Under the pieces are notes generated by a model that was given only the letters and a program-made list of their open reading frames with translations, was not told the origin of the DNA and searched no databases. From the NCBI GenBank assembly GCA_047495785.1, contig JBLDXI010000042.1:868001-932000 (forward strand): a DNA stretch of 64,000 nt, given 5' to 3'. The position numbers and the translations under genes are program-made. The stretch's first letter is position 1; each line of letters starts with the position of its first letter. Shown here piece by piece: positions 10,401 to 20,300 of the stretch. This DNA is from Lepidodermella squamata (Eukaryota; Animalia; Gastrotricha).

Positions 10401-12695
10401 CTACTCACGAACAAGAATTCGATATTAAAATAATTTGTAAGAATATGAAAAGCTGAACCCCAGTTTCGCAAGCTGCTTTGGTCGAGAAGACGGTTTGACT
10501 CGGTGTCTAAATAATAATATTTGATTGAATAATACGAGAAAACTGAGATGCTTACATCAGCTCCATCGCAGGCGAGCTGAACAGGCTTGCAGCCAGAAAA
10601 GCTTGTCCCTCCCGAACCGAAACAGCGATGATGTGGGAAGAAAGATTGCGGAGCTGGAAAAACAGAATTCTCTTAATTCGAATATCACTCATCAAGACAA
10701 ACCTGATTCGCATTCGCCAAGGTTCGAAAATGAAACGCCAGTCGAAAATTGGTCGGTACTACCAGCCGGGCAATTAACGCTACCATCTGTAGGTATGCAT
10801 TTGACAAAAGCATAGGTTTGCGAGTTCAAGCAGAATTTATGCGGTTTCTAAAAATAGCAACAAGTGAGAAAAGGCATCAAGCTCTGAAAAGTTACCATGT
10901 AAGATGCGAGATAGCTTAGACATTGAGCGTAATTTGAGCCAAAATTGCTGCCACCATTAAAAGTTGCAACCTTAGAAAAGGCATCAGAGTTGTGATTCAG
11001 AAGAAAATCGCAATCGGAATCCTACCAGGCTCATGGGCGATCTGCATATTGAACGGCACACTAATGATGATGAGGATTTGCAAAGAGCAGCAGGCTGAAT
11101 TAAATGGAGCAACAAGAGCAACAAATTCAATTGAAATTAATGAAATTGATCAACTCACCCCAACAGAGCAGTGTTTCTTGTTGATATAAATTCCACCGCT
11201 GAAAGCCTGAAAGCGAGAAAGCTCTTATTCCGTTTCAAAACAATTTTACATAAGTTTACACCAATAAGCAGGTTAGAAGATGGGAATTTTACCGAAAGGG
11301 GGATATAGGTAAGGGGCCTCCCTTACATCGCCCAAGTTTCCGCAGGGGCAAGGCAAGAAAGCATAAGGGTCCCCCCTGTGGTTAGGCTACGAGCCCCGAG
11401 GGCTCGAAGTAGGGACAGTCCAGCGGAATAGTTTTCAGTTTTTATAAACAAAACAATGGGTTCCGACAAGGTAGCCAATTTTTTCCGCTTGTAAATAGTT
11501 GAGCTATGGGTGAAAATATGCAAGGGACCTACAATCGAACTACTGAGAAAATTTGAAAATTAACCTAACCCTAACCTAACTCTAACTAACCTGATCCTGA
11601 ACTCTGAACGCTAACCCAACCTAACCTGAACCCAGAACCCTAACCATACCTATAACCCTAACCCTAACTCCTTATCATCGTGTTGCCGAAAAACTTGAGT
11701 TTATGATACAAATTGTTAAAGGTTAAATGGAAGAAAGAAAAATTAGTTAAAATTTCAAAATACAATTGGAATAATTTGATATCGGGGCTAACCTGTGTTT
11801 GATTGCGAGTATCGCAGCCCGGATTCGCCAGAAGGCAGCCGGAGAATGACCGATCCGATGTGGAAAAGCATCGAACGTGAGGCGAAAAATCAGAACTCCT
11901 TGCGGCTAAAATGAAGATTAATTCAATTGGCATCAAAAATAATCATTAAAATTGAACCATTTATTTGCTTCAGGCACTCGTTCAAACTGAATATCTGCGT
12001 CAATTCACGCTGAGAAAAATATAATTGGAAATTAGGACAATTAGACTTTTAATCAAAATCTCACCCATTTTTGTGGGCAGTTGCTCTCGAAAGGGACGCA
12101 GGTCTGAGTTGAACCATTCGAGCACATTCGAGCCGGATTTTCCTGTTAAAAAAATTTAATGTCATGAAATTAATTGCCGCAAAAAAACCATGTAAGGCCG
12201 AATTGTGTCGATGCAGGCGTCATAGCGAGTCTTGAATGTCAAACCCGTAAAATTGACATGCTGTTGAAAAATAAATATAATAATATAAAAAAATATTTGA
12301 ACAAAATAGAAAATACCGGAATCTCATCCTTGGAACACGCCAAAATTTGAGGCAGGCATCTCACAGTGAATAGGTTCGCGTTGTAACAGCTGTGGGCCGA
12401 CTGTAATTCAAGTTTTGAGAAAATAGAAAAAATAGTTGGAAAATCAATTATCGATTTTACCCCTTGTTTGCAACTCGCGTAATCAAGCAGTGTAGGGCCG
12501 ATCTTCGAATAAATTTAAACAAATGACAGAGAGAGTTGTGCCAACCTAGTTCCAACCTACCTGGACTTCTTCAAATAGGTTACAATCGAGTCGGCAATCC
12601 TTGAATTCGTCGTCCCATCGCGAGATACATCGCTTATAACAGTCACCACCGCAAATCGCCAGCGTGACAAGCAAAATAGCTTCAAAAAAATTCAT
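1496..12695 (-). CDS. Copy A: secreted protein with signal peptide, 12 four-Cys modules and two LamG/pentraxin-like (ConA-like) domains; 26 exons, about 1019 aa
   Basis: Hand-spliced GT-AG exons: 12695-12561, 12502-12461, 12400-12317, 12260-12189, 12142-12065, 12009-11958, 11905-11793, 11206-11159, 11094-11026, 10970-10896, 10847-10703, 10653-10556, 10506-10459, 10400-10323, 10271-10203, 10150-10067, 10018-9970, 9911-9826, 9768-9724, 9667-9599, 9543-9487, 9430-9356, 9307-9259, 9200-8847, 2538-1689, 1631-1496. Total 3060 nt, in frame. N-terminus MNFFEAILLVTLAICGG. LamG-type motifs FTISAYV, PWVFIAVSYD, GQITCLSIFDRALS. Exons are collinear with copies B and C. Confidence 0.85.
2622..2902. mobile_element. 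Non-autonomous hAT-type MITE (281 bp)
   Basis: Imperfect TIRs CAGTGGCGTAACTA ... TAGGTCACGCCCCTG and a perfect 8-bp TSD TGGAATTA at 2614-2621 and 2903-2910. Confidence 0.85.
3366..4382 (+). CDS. LINE ORF1: coiled-coil-like N-terminus, RRM-like region, one CCHC zinc knuckle, Q-rich tail
   Basis: CYGCGEIGHFIREC knuckle; RRM-like segment CVVVHGVP...FKVRFCSQAAANQAM; first ATG at 3366. Confidence 0.85.
   Translation: MGLYAKLNLIKQWSEEARQSADEPDWQKFDTMIEELQTEYVELLESKMPRIIDTSRRLHKVEQEDAGHCVVVHGVPNTADYDSVYAIMTDLFDSFDNFVRMGQSKSFKVRFCSQAAANQAMRRTANRTDFKVQPYKPPHQVVYETKLLELREKQPNKEELKLVGATLIYENGEEFARFDSVKDRIVLKSEVDKKVDENQDKEDKENEVKTNNKDKEVKTLKKDKTTAGSKFNPNDGCYGCGEIGHFIRECPNNNTQKGGTGPRQRKQFFPQQRVDQQFKQQQQRQHSPQFPPFPQQNTQYMYSNYQQQQQQPPLSIPLNLLPALLSASLQPYLGGYSR
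4078..7656 (+). CDS. LINE ORF2: APE endonuclease plus reverse transcriptase
   Basis: APE motifs FQE, MGDLN, IDYIL, SDH. RT motifs QFGF, FIDLEKAYD, GLRQGCPMSPLLF, FADD, FKYLGS. RTE-like C-terminus YACETW, RYLGHI, ARDRDEWR. True start codon uncertain. Confidence 0.95.
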   Translation: MGVAKSVISFANVQTTTRKKVELDHDNGNNSSHNNELTSSSNNNNNVNTARNFHPFRNKTRSTCTRTTSNSNNSLRSASHSTCYRLSYRHHSSRTSVATAVEKSKRETNNNLSNNRFLILNQEDGDQRTTESAKVVSEEPAKRARYKPKFDQNNRLFRTVAMCSINMETLTNKIWDFEEECSEFEIVVFQEHRMKGQGKINLSNGTLYYIGVSSGRAQAGCGIYIRRCHQIRVIKIEFVSERILVAKLKVFGENFNIIVVYAPANNDLAKLEDFITQVQDIYYRLNTGGGKTMLMGDLNGRIMSQKNSNNVGDWADKVENPKGDKWLKFASSNNLCFANTFYPNCGYTWRSRDGRNKTFIDYILTSIPDRQQIHKCYTIEYPMLKSDHRMIVAEFKFYVKNIKKPADANPKVKNHLLRQKQHISTFNEHLEKENLNQNISKDQTSSLSQIYTRAKTAILRAAKVTCGVNNSRVMKKPKPPWWCPEAKEAIQKAKYAYGQYQEGKMSSEENRKVLHWKNKILEKVKKDFESKQFKDLDDLLKDGQDWENLKRFWTKIKNLRNPNSRNKNIDKIETINGEIATELDQILEALKDYFMELLDGQEIDELIAICDKHLHPPTEEPDMEGNSLPVPNEGISLAELKNAIKHMKNGKAAGIDDITPEMIKALDDTNINWLHDLLNKAWVDKLIPEEWSTAIIVPLYKNKGEKSQCKNYRGISLLSIVGKLYAIVLERKLRNVIGSKISNRQFGFQPRKGTRDCIYILRQIIEKIILHNKQLHLVFIDLEKAYDLIDRDKVWTTLKDMGVKPDLLEAVKSFYSSNKVAVRVGDKLSKFFQTQKGLRQGCPMSPLLFIAVFNKVCEKLYNSEGGFPLDEKKLLNLLAFADDGTLIGMTDEEIRTLLDIFNKACIELGLKINVAKTQYMVVGGKGDEELFLGDQKLEKVDSFKYLGSIITNDGKMDKELNARIAKAGSCFGAMNKFMCNRGHISIETKMKVLNCVIIPTIMYACETWNLTVAQENSLNVIEMRWLRTILGIKLLDFIPNYDLRLVCGGVIEVGRLIEKQRMRYLGHIIREDEYNASSLTNAMLNWNNPEKWKKPKGAPKTTWRHAMNRSLKKIGLVKLQYKNIYEGPPKVGRPAKTAVVIRVETKEVADWELTQIAARDRDEWRMLTLTIANFEFHAKSRLFMNVTDGGTP
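7807..8044. mobile_element. Inverted-repeat (MITE-like) element at the LINE insertion site
   Basis: Arms of about 37 bp (7807-7843 and 8008-8044, TCTAATATTGATTTTTGGATTCTCCG(T/C)ACTCGATTTA) with one mismatch. Confidence 0.75.
8160..8290. repeat. Dispersed MITE-like repeat; second copy at about 15400-15545
   Basis: Shared ggtttctaggtaatt.ga.ca.gctgagttcagcgca...catagtt.ttgcgct. The second copy contains the hairpin tgcgctagagcatagagga...tcctctatgctctagcgca. Confidence 0.65.
11561..11671. repeat. Degenerate TAACC/TAACCC simple repeat in intron 7 of copy A
   Basis: taacctaaccctaacctaac...taaccctaaccctaactcc. Confidence 0.85.
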
Positions 12696-14518
12696 AATAA
12701 TATTTACGGTTGAAAAATTGAAGAATGACAAGCTGTATGGAAAATGCGAATTTTTCGTGATTTTCGATGACACGTGGCGCAGAAGCTGCGTTCATCTGCG
12801 CCGTGCCACTGCGTACAAAAAATTATGTGAATGAATTTTACGATATCAAAAGTCTGACGTTAAGTTGGATCCCAAAATAGTTTTCCATTTTTTTGTCTAT
12901 GGTCTATGATTTATGTTATCAAAAATATTAAGCGGCATTGTTTTATGCCACAGCGTCCATCCAAAAGAAAAATAACGTTTCTGAAAATAATATTAAAAAT
13001 TGAACTTTCAAATTTTAAAATCAAAACTTCAAAATCCAAAAAAATTGAAAATTGTTGACAAAAAGTAATAATTAAAATTTAGATAATTAAAAAATTAAAT
13101 CATGACAACATTATTAAAATGGGCATTTCAGAAAAAAATTGTGGAATTTTTTGGTTATTTCGAAAATGGAAAAATGGAAATATATTAAACTGTTGTTGAG
13201 CGGATTATAACAGATTTTTTATACCTGAAAATCAAAATGTTCAACCGAAAAGTCGATTTTCGAAAAATATTTGAAGATTGCAAATAAAATTGCGATTTCT
13301 TGTTTTTCGGACATTTTTCGAGAATTTCAATGATAATCATCCTCCTATAGCCTCTGAAAATTTGAATTGGAATAGCATTTTTCTTAAATTCAAAACTTTC
13401 GAGTATGTCCCGGAATATTTTTCATGTTTATTTTTTTATTATTTTTTATTCTAGTTTTTTGAAATATGGAATTCTGTTCTGCTTGAATAGTTTCACCTAT
13501 CAAACACGTTCACGCTCATCTACTTATAGTGGTGATGGGATGATGTTTCTACACTCTTAATTTATCCACGGTTCTGACCATTAGAAAAGGAGCTAAATTG
13601 AGCTAAATCCATCAATGAGCGCGAAATTTGAATCAAATCGACCGAAATCAAAAGAAATTAGGTTAAAATTCATAAATTCAGTAATTAACCTGAAGCGAAA
13701 TCAGCGCGCCCTGCGGTATTAACTGAATGCACCTTAAAATCCCCATCAATTGCCGAATAATCAGAGGTTAGAGCAACAAAATCTCATATTCAGATCTCAA
13801 GAAAAATATCTCCTCGATTTTAGAGACAAAAATTGAGAAATTAGGAGGAATGATGAGGCGACGTGGTTCCGTGTCCAGCTTTGTTTCGTAACAATAGGCT
13901 GTCCCTAGGAATTTTCATTTTACAGCGTTAGATGTCTTTATAGGACTCGAGTCTCAGAATTTCTCCGAAGTACTTATTAACACCAAGCGTTAAAATTTAT
14001 TTTTGTGGATATTCAACGCCCTGATTTCTAGGCTGAGTTCCCCGTTGACGAAATATAACTAAATTCGTCTACGCGCCTGTGTATTTGAACGGAAAAAGAC
14101 CGCTCTCTCCGGGGTCAGGACCGTTGATTTCATAACAGTGTAAATGCTTCAGCCTATCCGTATTCATAAAGTCTTAAAAGTGTACGCCGTTTTCGTAGCG
14201 GTTTAAATAAGGGATACAGTGCTCCCTCGTTAGTGGCACTCTCCTTAAAAGAACTCCCTCGTTTGTAGACCGTAATTTTGGACCCCGCTTAATTAATTAG
14301 CTGTAAATTTTAAAATTATATAAAAAATAATTATTTGATAGATTAAAAAATTGAGCGTGAAAAATTAAAATAATAAAGCTGTTCTTGTGGCTTTCAAATG
14401 ACTATGATTATGCAACAGAGTGTGTGGATTAGCTGCCACCCAAGTCGTGCTGCGAGTCGTCCTGCTTTTTTAGTTGAAATTCCACCAGAAGTTACGCCAG
14501 TTCACCAGAAAACAATTA

Positions 14519-15278
14519 CCGTAACGAGTGGTAACTTTGGACAAAACGTGTTTTTCGAACCTTAAAAATCAGCCTGTGCTCCTAAATTTCTGAAATTTTT
14601 ACCAAAGGTGGGGACGGTGATTCTTGAATTTACTGCAAATTCTAGAAATTTTAAGAATTTTACCTGACCTTTGGCTAATTAATATGTGTTCCGGTAACCT
14701 TGGACAATTAGAGGGTAATTTTGGACACTCATTTGCATATGCAATTTCATTGCAATTTCATTGTGAATTATCTGTTTTTCATAGTTTTTCATTTAATCTT
14801 GGGTCAGACTTCGAAAAAAATTATGAACAGATGGTGCATCATCTGTTTCTCGGAAATTCAATAAAAATACGTTTCTGCGCAGCAGCATACTTAACCCGTC
14901 CAAAAGTGTCCAAAATTACCCCAATTTTCACCTGTTTTTCAGGTTAATGTCCTGCTAAAACGCGTCGACGGATTGTTATTTTTTCTTCGATTATAGGGAG
15001 AGTAAAGATAGGAGAATACTCATGCCAATTTTTATTGAAAACTGTTCGATAGAAAGACAGAAGGGGGGTCCCAAAACGGCACCCAAAGTCTAACTGCTTG
15101 CAACTTTTTCTGAAATCCGATTTCAGCTCCAATCGTCTTGATTTTTATTTCAAATGAAAGCTGAGGAGACGGAGAATTTTATGCAAAAACCCCCATGATT
15201 TAAACGTTCAAGCCTGAAAAGCTGAACACCTGCAAAGCCGAAAGTGTCCGAAGTTACCACAATCATCACACGTTACGG
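14519..15278. mobile_element. Non-autonomous DNA transposon with TA TSD (Tc1/mariner-pogo type)
   Basis: TA|CCGTAACG..GGTAACTTTGGACA ... TGTCCGAAGTTACC..CGTTACGG|TA, with internal repeats of ggtaac(t/c)ttggaca. Confidence 0.7.
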
Positions 15279-15973
15279 TAGTAATTCGTTTCAATATCTA
15301 TAAAAATGCCCGTCTATCTTTTTCAATCTTTATGATTTGCAGATTTTTCTGAGATCATTAGCTGATCAATTATACACCCATTGAACTAGTAAAATCCATG
15401 ATTTTTCAATGGTTTCTAGGTAATTCGATCATGCTGAGTTCAGCGCACTTGACAGAACCACTCCACCAATCATAGTTCTTGCGCTAGAGCATAGAGGATG
15501 TCCGGTCGCCGCGTCGCCAGACCTCCTCTATGCTCTAGCGCAAAAACTACGAACATTCAAAATTCCCCCATTAATGCGTTGCCATAGAAAATATTTTAGA
15601 AATTTTTAAATTGTGTGAGTTTTATTTATTTTAATATTTTAATATCTGTTTTATTAAACTTAAGTGAAGAAATTGGGGGAAACCGCGGAATTATTGAATT
15701 TTTACCCTGCCCGTTTCTAATTGGGGTTTACAAATGTGCCGATTTTCGATAGTCTACAGGCCTGATCTACCGTGAAACTGGCTGCCACTACTCTACGATT
15801 TCATCGCTCAACGCCCTGGCAATTTTCTGGGTTTTTCACAACTTTTAATCATTCGATTTTGACTTTGAACTCCCGAGGAGGGGCGGCGGGAGCTTCCTGC
15901 CCGACCGATTTTTTACGTTGCTCTGATCTTAATAGGCAAGTCGAATGAAAATCAGATCACGCCTGAGAAGATA

Positions 15974-16247
15974 TGTAACATATGTATATATTAGTGAGCA
16001 TATTAGTGTTCTCGCCGCTTGGTTGCGCGCCCGCCTCGGAGTGGCGCGCACGCTTTAATTGCGTCTGTTCGCTATTGGTGCGCTCTATAACTGTACAGCG
16101 TTATGATTGGTTAGAACCGTTCTGGAAACTTCTATACCCTTGTTCTAGTATATTCGATTCCCGCCATATAACCATATATAAAGTCACTGATTTATCGGAA
16201 TAAATAAGATTGAAGTTTGCTCACTAGTCGTGTGTTTAATTCTTACA
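15974..16247 (+). mobile_element. Solo LTR (274 bp), Gypsy-like
   Basis: TGT...ACA termini, 4-bp TSD GATA on both sides, internal TATATAAA followed by AATAAA. Confidence 0.8.
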
Positions 16248-16980
16248 GATACAAATTTATCCATTCAATCGAAACACCTATCGAATCGTTCCCTGTTGAT
16301 GGAACCACACGTCTTATGCCTTGAAACTGGTCCGTGATTGCTCAATGCCATTAATTCGATGAATTGAAAAAAGAGTCAGATTAACCGCGAATAATTATCG
16401 AAAATACATACATATTTCATCTCAATTGTTTTAAATTTCATATTGATTATTTCAAATTATTTAAATAATTCTACGAATTTTAGGCGAAGCATGAGTTCTG
16501 AATTGAACACTGAATTGTCTTGAGAATGTTAGGCTGAATATGCTGGTGATTTTTTAAGAAGTATTCTGGTCAATCTTGACCAAGGTGATTGATTTTTTGA
16601 GCTGTTATTTCAAATGGAATTATTTTGCGAAATCGGACGAGCTGGGCATTTTTGTAGTCAATTGTAATAATGAGATTCCAGGTTTTGTTTTCAATCTGAG
16701 TTCGTTAACCCCAGGCAGGACTTGAAATCAGAGTAAAAAAAACAAGGCTAACCAGTCAAATCAAAGCCGCCCTGGCACTTATGCGACGAACTTATGATTC
16801 ATAGCGTTATCGTTTCACAGCCTTCAGCGAGCGAAATTTGTAATGACACGTAATCCGTGTCCGTCTCTTTCGTGATAATACGACGAATTGACTATTGCGA
16901 AACTTTAGGCTAGGCCGGCAAACATGCCCGCTGAAGCCGGACGACTGATCCAGCCGGCGGACGTGATCGTATTTAATATA

Positions 16981-17247
16981 CCCGTCTGATCAGCCAATCA
17001 GCGTCGTTTGGAAAACAGGTGGCCCAGAATCGGCCCAGAAGTCCCTACCACCGGCACCCTTGGGACTTATACTGTATATATTTGATACATTCATTGATTT
17101 GAACATATAACTTTGTAAAAATGCACCATTTTTACGCATCCGCCCAATGGAGAGATGCGGTATTAGTCAGACGGCAATATCCATTTTCCGCGCCGTCTAA
17201 TTCGGCCGCCTGTTTTCCAAACAACGCCGTTTGGCTGATCAGACGGG
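16981..17247. mobile_element. MITE with TIRs of about 40 bp and TA flanks
   Basis: CCCGTCTGATCAGCCAA..GTTTGGAAAACAGG ... CCTGTTTTCCAAAC..TTGGCTGATCAGACGGG. Confidence 0.75.
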
Positions 17248-17391
17248 TATTAAATTTTATTAAATCATGTCTGAGCTTTGATCAGCCGTCTAAATAATAT
17301 CACTACATGATTATCTATCTCTCACACAATGTTAAACACGAGATTAGTGAGCAGTTCAAGAACTCATAGGTCGTATGCATTGATAGTTGAG

Positions 17392-20300
17392 TTAGCGCAT
17401 TTCAGGAATCGAGAAGGCGGCGCAATTGATTTCGACGATGCGCAGCTGGTTCGACGTCAGAGCTGCATTGAACATGTTCACGCAACCAAATCTTCCAAGG
17501 TACGTGGTTGACGTTTCATTCCATGAACTTGGAAAAAGATCGAGGGAAACCATAAAGCAAGAGGAAAGTGCGAATACTTACCGTGCAAAGCCGAGTTGCC
17601 CGCTGCCAGTAACAGGTCGATTGGCGTTTGAAGTAGTAGCACCTCTTCGATCGCAAGTAAAAGTAGCTGAAGTGGTGTTAGCGTCATAAGTCAATGCCAC
17701 AAAACGCCAATTGAAAGTAAGAAAGCAGGCGGCCGGAATCTGGCCGGAGCTGAATATCCTGGCGAAGAAGTTCGGACCTGCATCCCCATGGATTCTCAAA
17801 CCTTGAGTCGTTCCATTTGGAGCGTATTCTAAGACTGTTTTGGTAGAAGTCGCGATCGTGGCGAAAAAGGCGATAGTGAAACTGCCGGTGCTGAACTTGA
17901 TCTTTTCGGCAGACACACTGATAGGATCTGTTGAGTTATAATAAAACGCCGTGTTCGCTAAGCCAAATGGCCCAGAAGCCAGCGGGAAAGCCGCGGTGCG
18001 GGTCGTAAAATTGGCCCTGGGATCGACTAAATCATTCAAATCCGAAACCAACGGCCAACTGGCTATGGTAGACGGGAGTAGAGCGCTCAAGTTTTCATGA
18101 GACCACGTTTTGCCAGCCTGAATCTGAAGGCACTTCTTCCGAACAATCCACAGCTGCTTCACCGTGAGGGCGTATTTGAAAACCGACAGGCATGACAGTT
18201 GACCAGCCAAGCTGACAGAGTTGTCGAAATTTCGTCCAACTTTCATCTTCGTGCTGGTTACTGGCGGTGTAGCGAGACTGAACGAAGCTGTTTGGCTGTC
18301 GCAAACTGCTGTTAATTCGCTTGAATTTCTATCGTATGAAGCAGCGATGAAGACCCATGATTGAATCGCGCTACTGACAGATAAACAGCCGAGAGAAATT
18401 TTAATGCTGGAGTTACCTGAAAACGACAAATAATGTTGTGATAAGTGAACATGTATGTCCGAGAATTGTGAAGCTTTTTCCCAATCCCAAATTGGCCAAT
18501 TTTTGTCCCAATGAGCCATACCAAGGATTTATCGGCTGTGCAATTTTCCATCCAACCAGAATCCGACCAGTCAATAACTCAGCTGAAAATGCTTTTTCTA
18601 TTGCCCTAAAGCTGGAATTATTCCTCCAAAATAATGTCCGAATGTCTCTTAAGTTCCAACCCCAATTTTGATGCCTTATTGAGAGAGAATTGATTAGAGC
18701 CCTTCAATCACTCTGCTAGCATGGCCTGGTCTGTGACCAAAGCAGAAGATTGAAACATTTCTTTTGTACAATTTTCCGCTCAACAATTAAAAAACCAGAA
18801 GTGAATTTCGATTTTGCGATATTTTAGTTATTTTTACGAATTATGGAGAGATATTCGAGTTCTAGGGGTAATCTGATGCGCTGAACACGCTGAGCACATC
18901 AGTTTTTATCCTGGGAGTATCGATTTTCGATAATACTGTGAATGATTCATTTTTTTCGAATTTGCCCGAATCTTACTTGGCAAATGAACCTTCACGCTAA
19001 GAATCAAAGCTGATTATCATAACTAATGCAACTCCCGTTCTTGTAGCTGATCTTTGTGCCAACACGTTCAGCTAGGACGACATATTCCTTGTGATGTCTT
19101 ACTATCTAACCGTCGGATATGTCTGTTTACTTAAAACCGCGGTTTTTATTCAACCGTTTTATACCAGTTTATACCAGCACCGGTTTCAACTGGTGGGAAC
19201 TTGTTTGAGTTTAAACCGAATACCCTGAAAGTTCCATCCGATCGCTTTGTTTTATCCTTTTTCATTATTTTTTCAAATGATTACTAACTTATTTTGAAAC
19301 GAAGGTGTACCGGCCAATATTTAATGGATAGGTGCAAAATCGATTTCAGAGAAATTTATAAAAACTGAATAAAACTAAATAACCTAAAAAAAAAATAAAA
19401 CCATAGAGAACGTCGTGATCTATGAATGAAACCAAACTCAACTATTCTCTCGCTAACGATCTTCATGAAAAATTCGCCCAAATAAATGCAAAGAGTGAAA
19501 CACGTTAACACACAATTAGATCCGAACAAATTCTCACCTCTTAATATGGTCATGCTGTTCGTGAATGGGTTGTAATAAATTCCGAACAGGGCTGAATTCT
19601 CGTAGAACTCAATTATCGGATACACAATGCTGGAGGTTGCTGGGAAACGGACGTAGAGAGATATGGCAAATGACGAGTTGCTGAGGTCGAGCTTGTTGTT
19701 GGTCACATCCAGATAACCAGCCGTTGAGTTGAGAGTGAGCGAGGAGGCTGGAAAATCGAACGGGCCAGTGCTGTAAACAGCATTTTGTATAGTACCGCTG
19801 ATTTGATTCCCGCTGATATCATTCACGCCGTAAGTCTGAGTGAGAGGGAGAAACATCAAGTCTAGTGGTAGTCCGAAAGCAGTCTCTGAAATGAAAAGAT
19901 GTCAAATGACATTTCGAGTCTGGAATTCGAAAAACTCACGCTGCTTGCATAGCTCCAAACTGCTATAAGGCGAATTGATTGATGGTGTCTGAATTCGTAA
20001 GAAATATGACAAAAGTGTCACCCACCGATTTGAAACTTACCCAATCTTGAGGGCAGTTGCCTGATAGGCATTTAGCGGCCATCAGCAGCTGATTAGTGCA
20101 CAGGTTGTACTGTTTATTGAAAAATAAAACAAAATATGTATCAACTTAGCAATAGTCGTAAAAAAATCGATAATTCCTAAAATTTCCCAAACAATTTTAC
20201 CAGCATAGCTGCTAAGCAGGCTGCGTAATTGTCGTAGTAACTCTCATTCGCATAAACGCCAGACTAGAAAAAAGCCTTGATTGAACAAATTCGCTTCAAC

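Noticed and set aside
14090-14240. Possible SINE or ncRNA with weak similarity to about 47400-47470
   Set aside because: Only short shared words; no A/B boxes could be supported.
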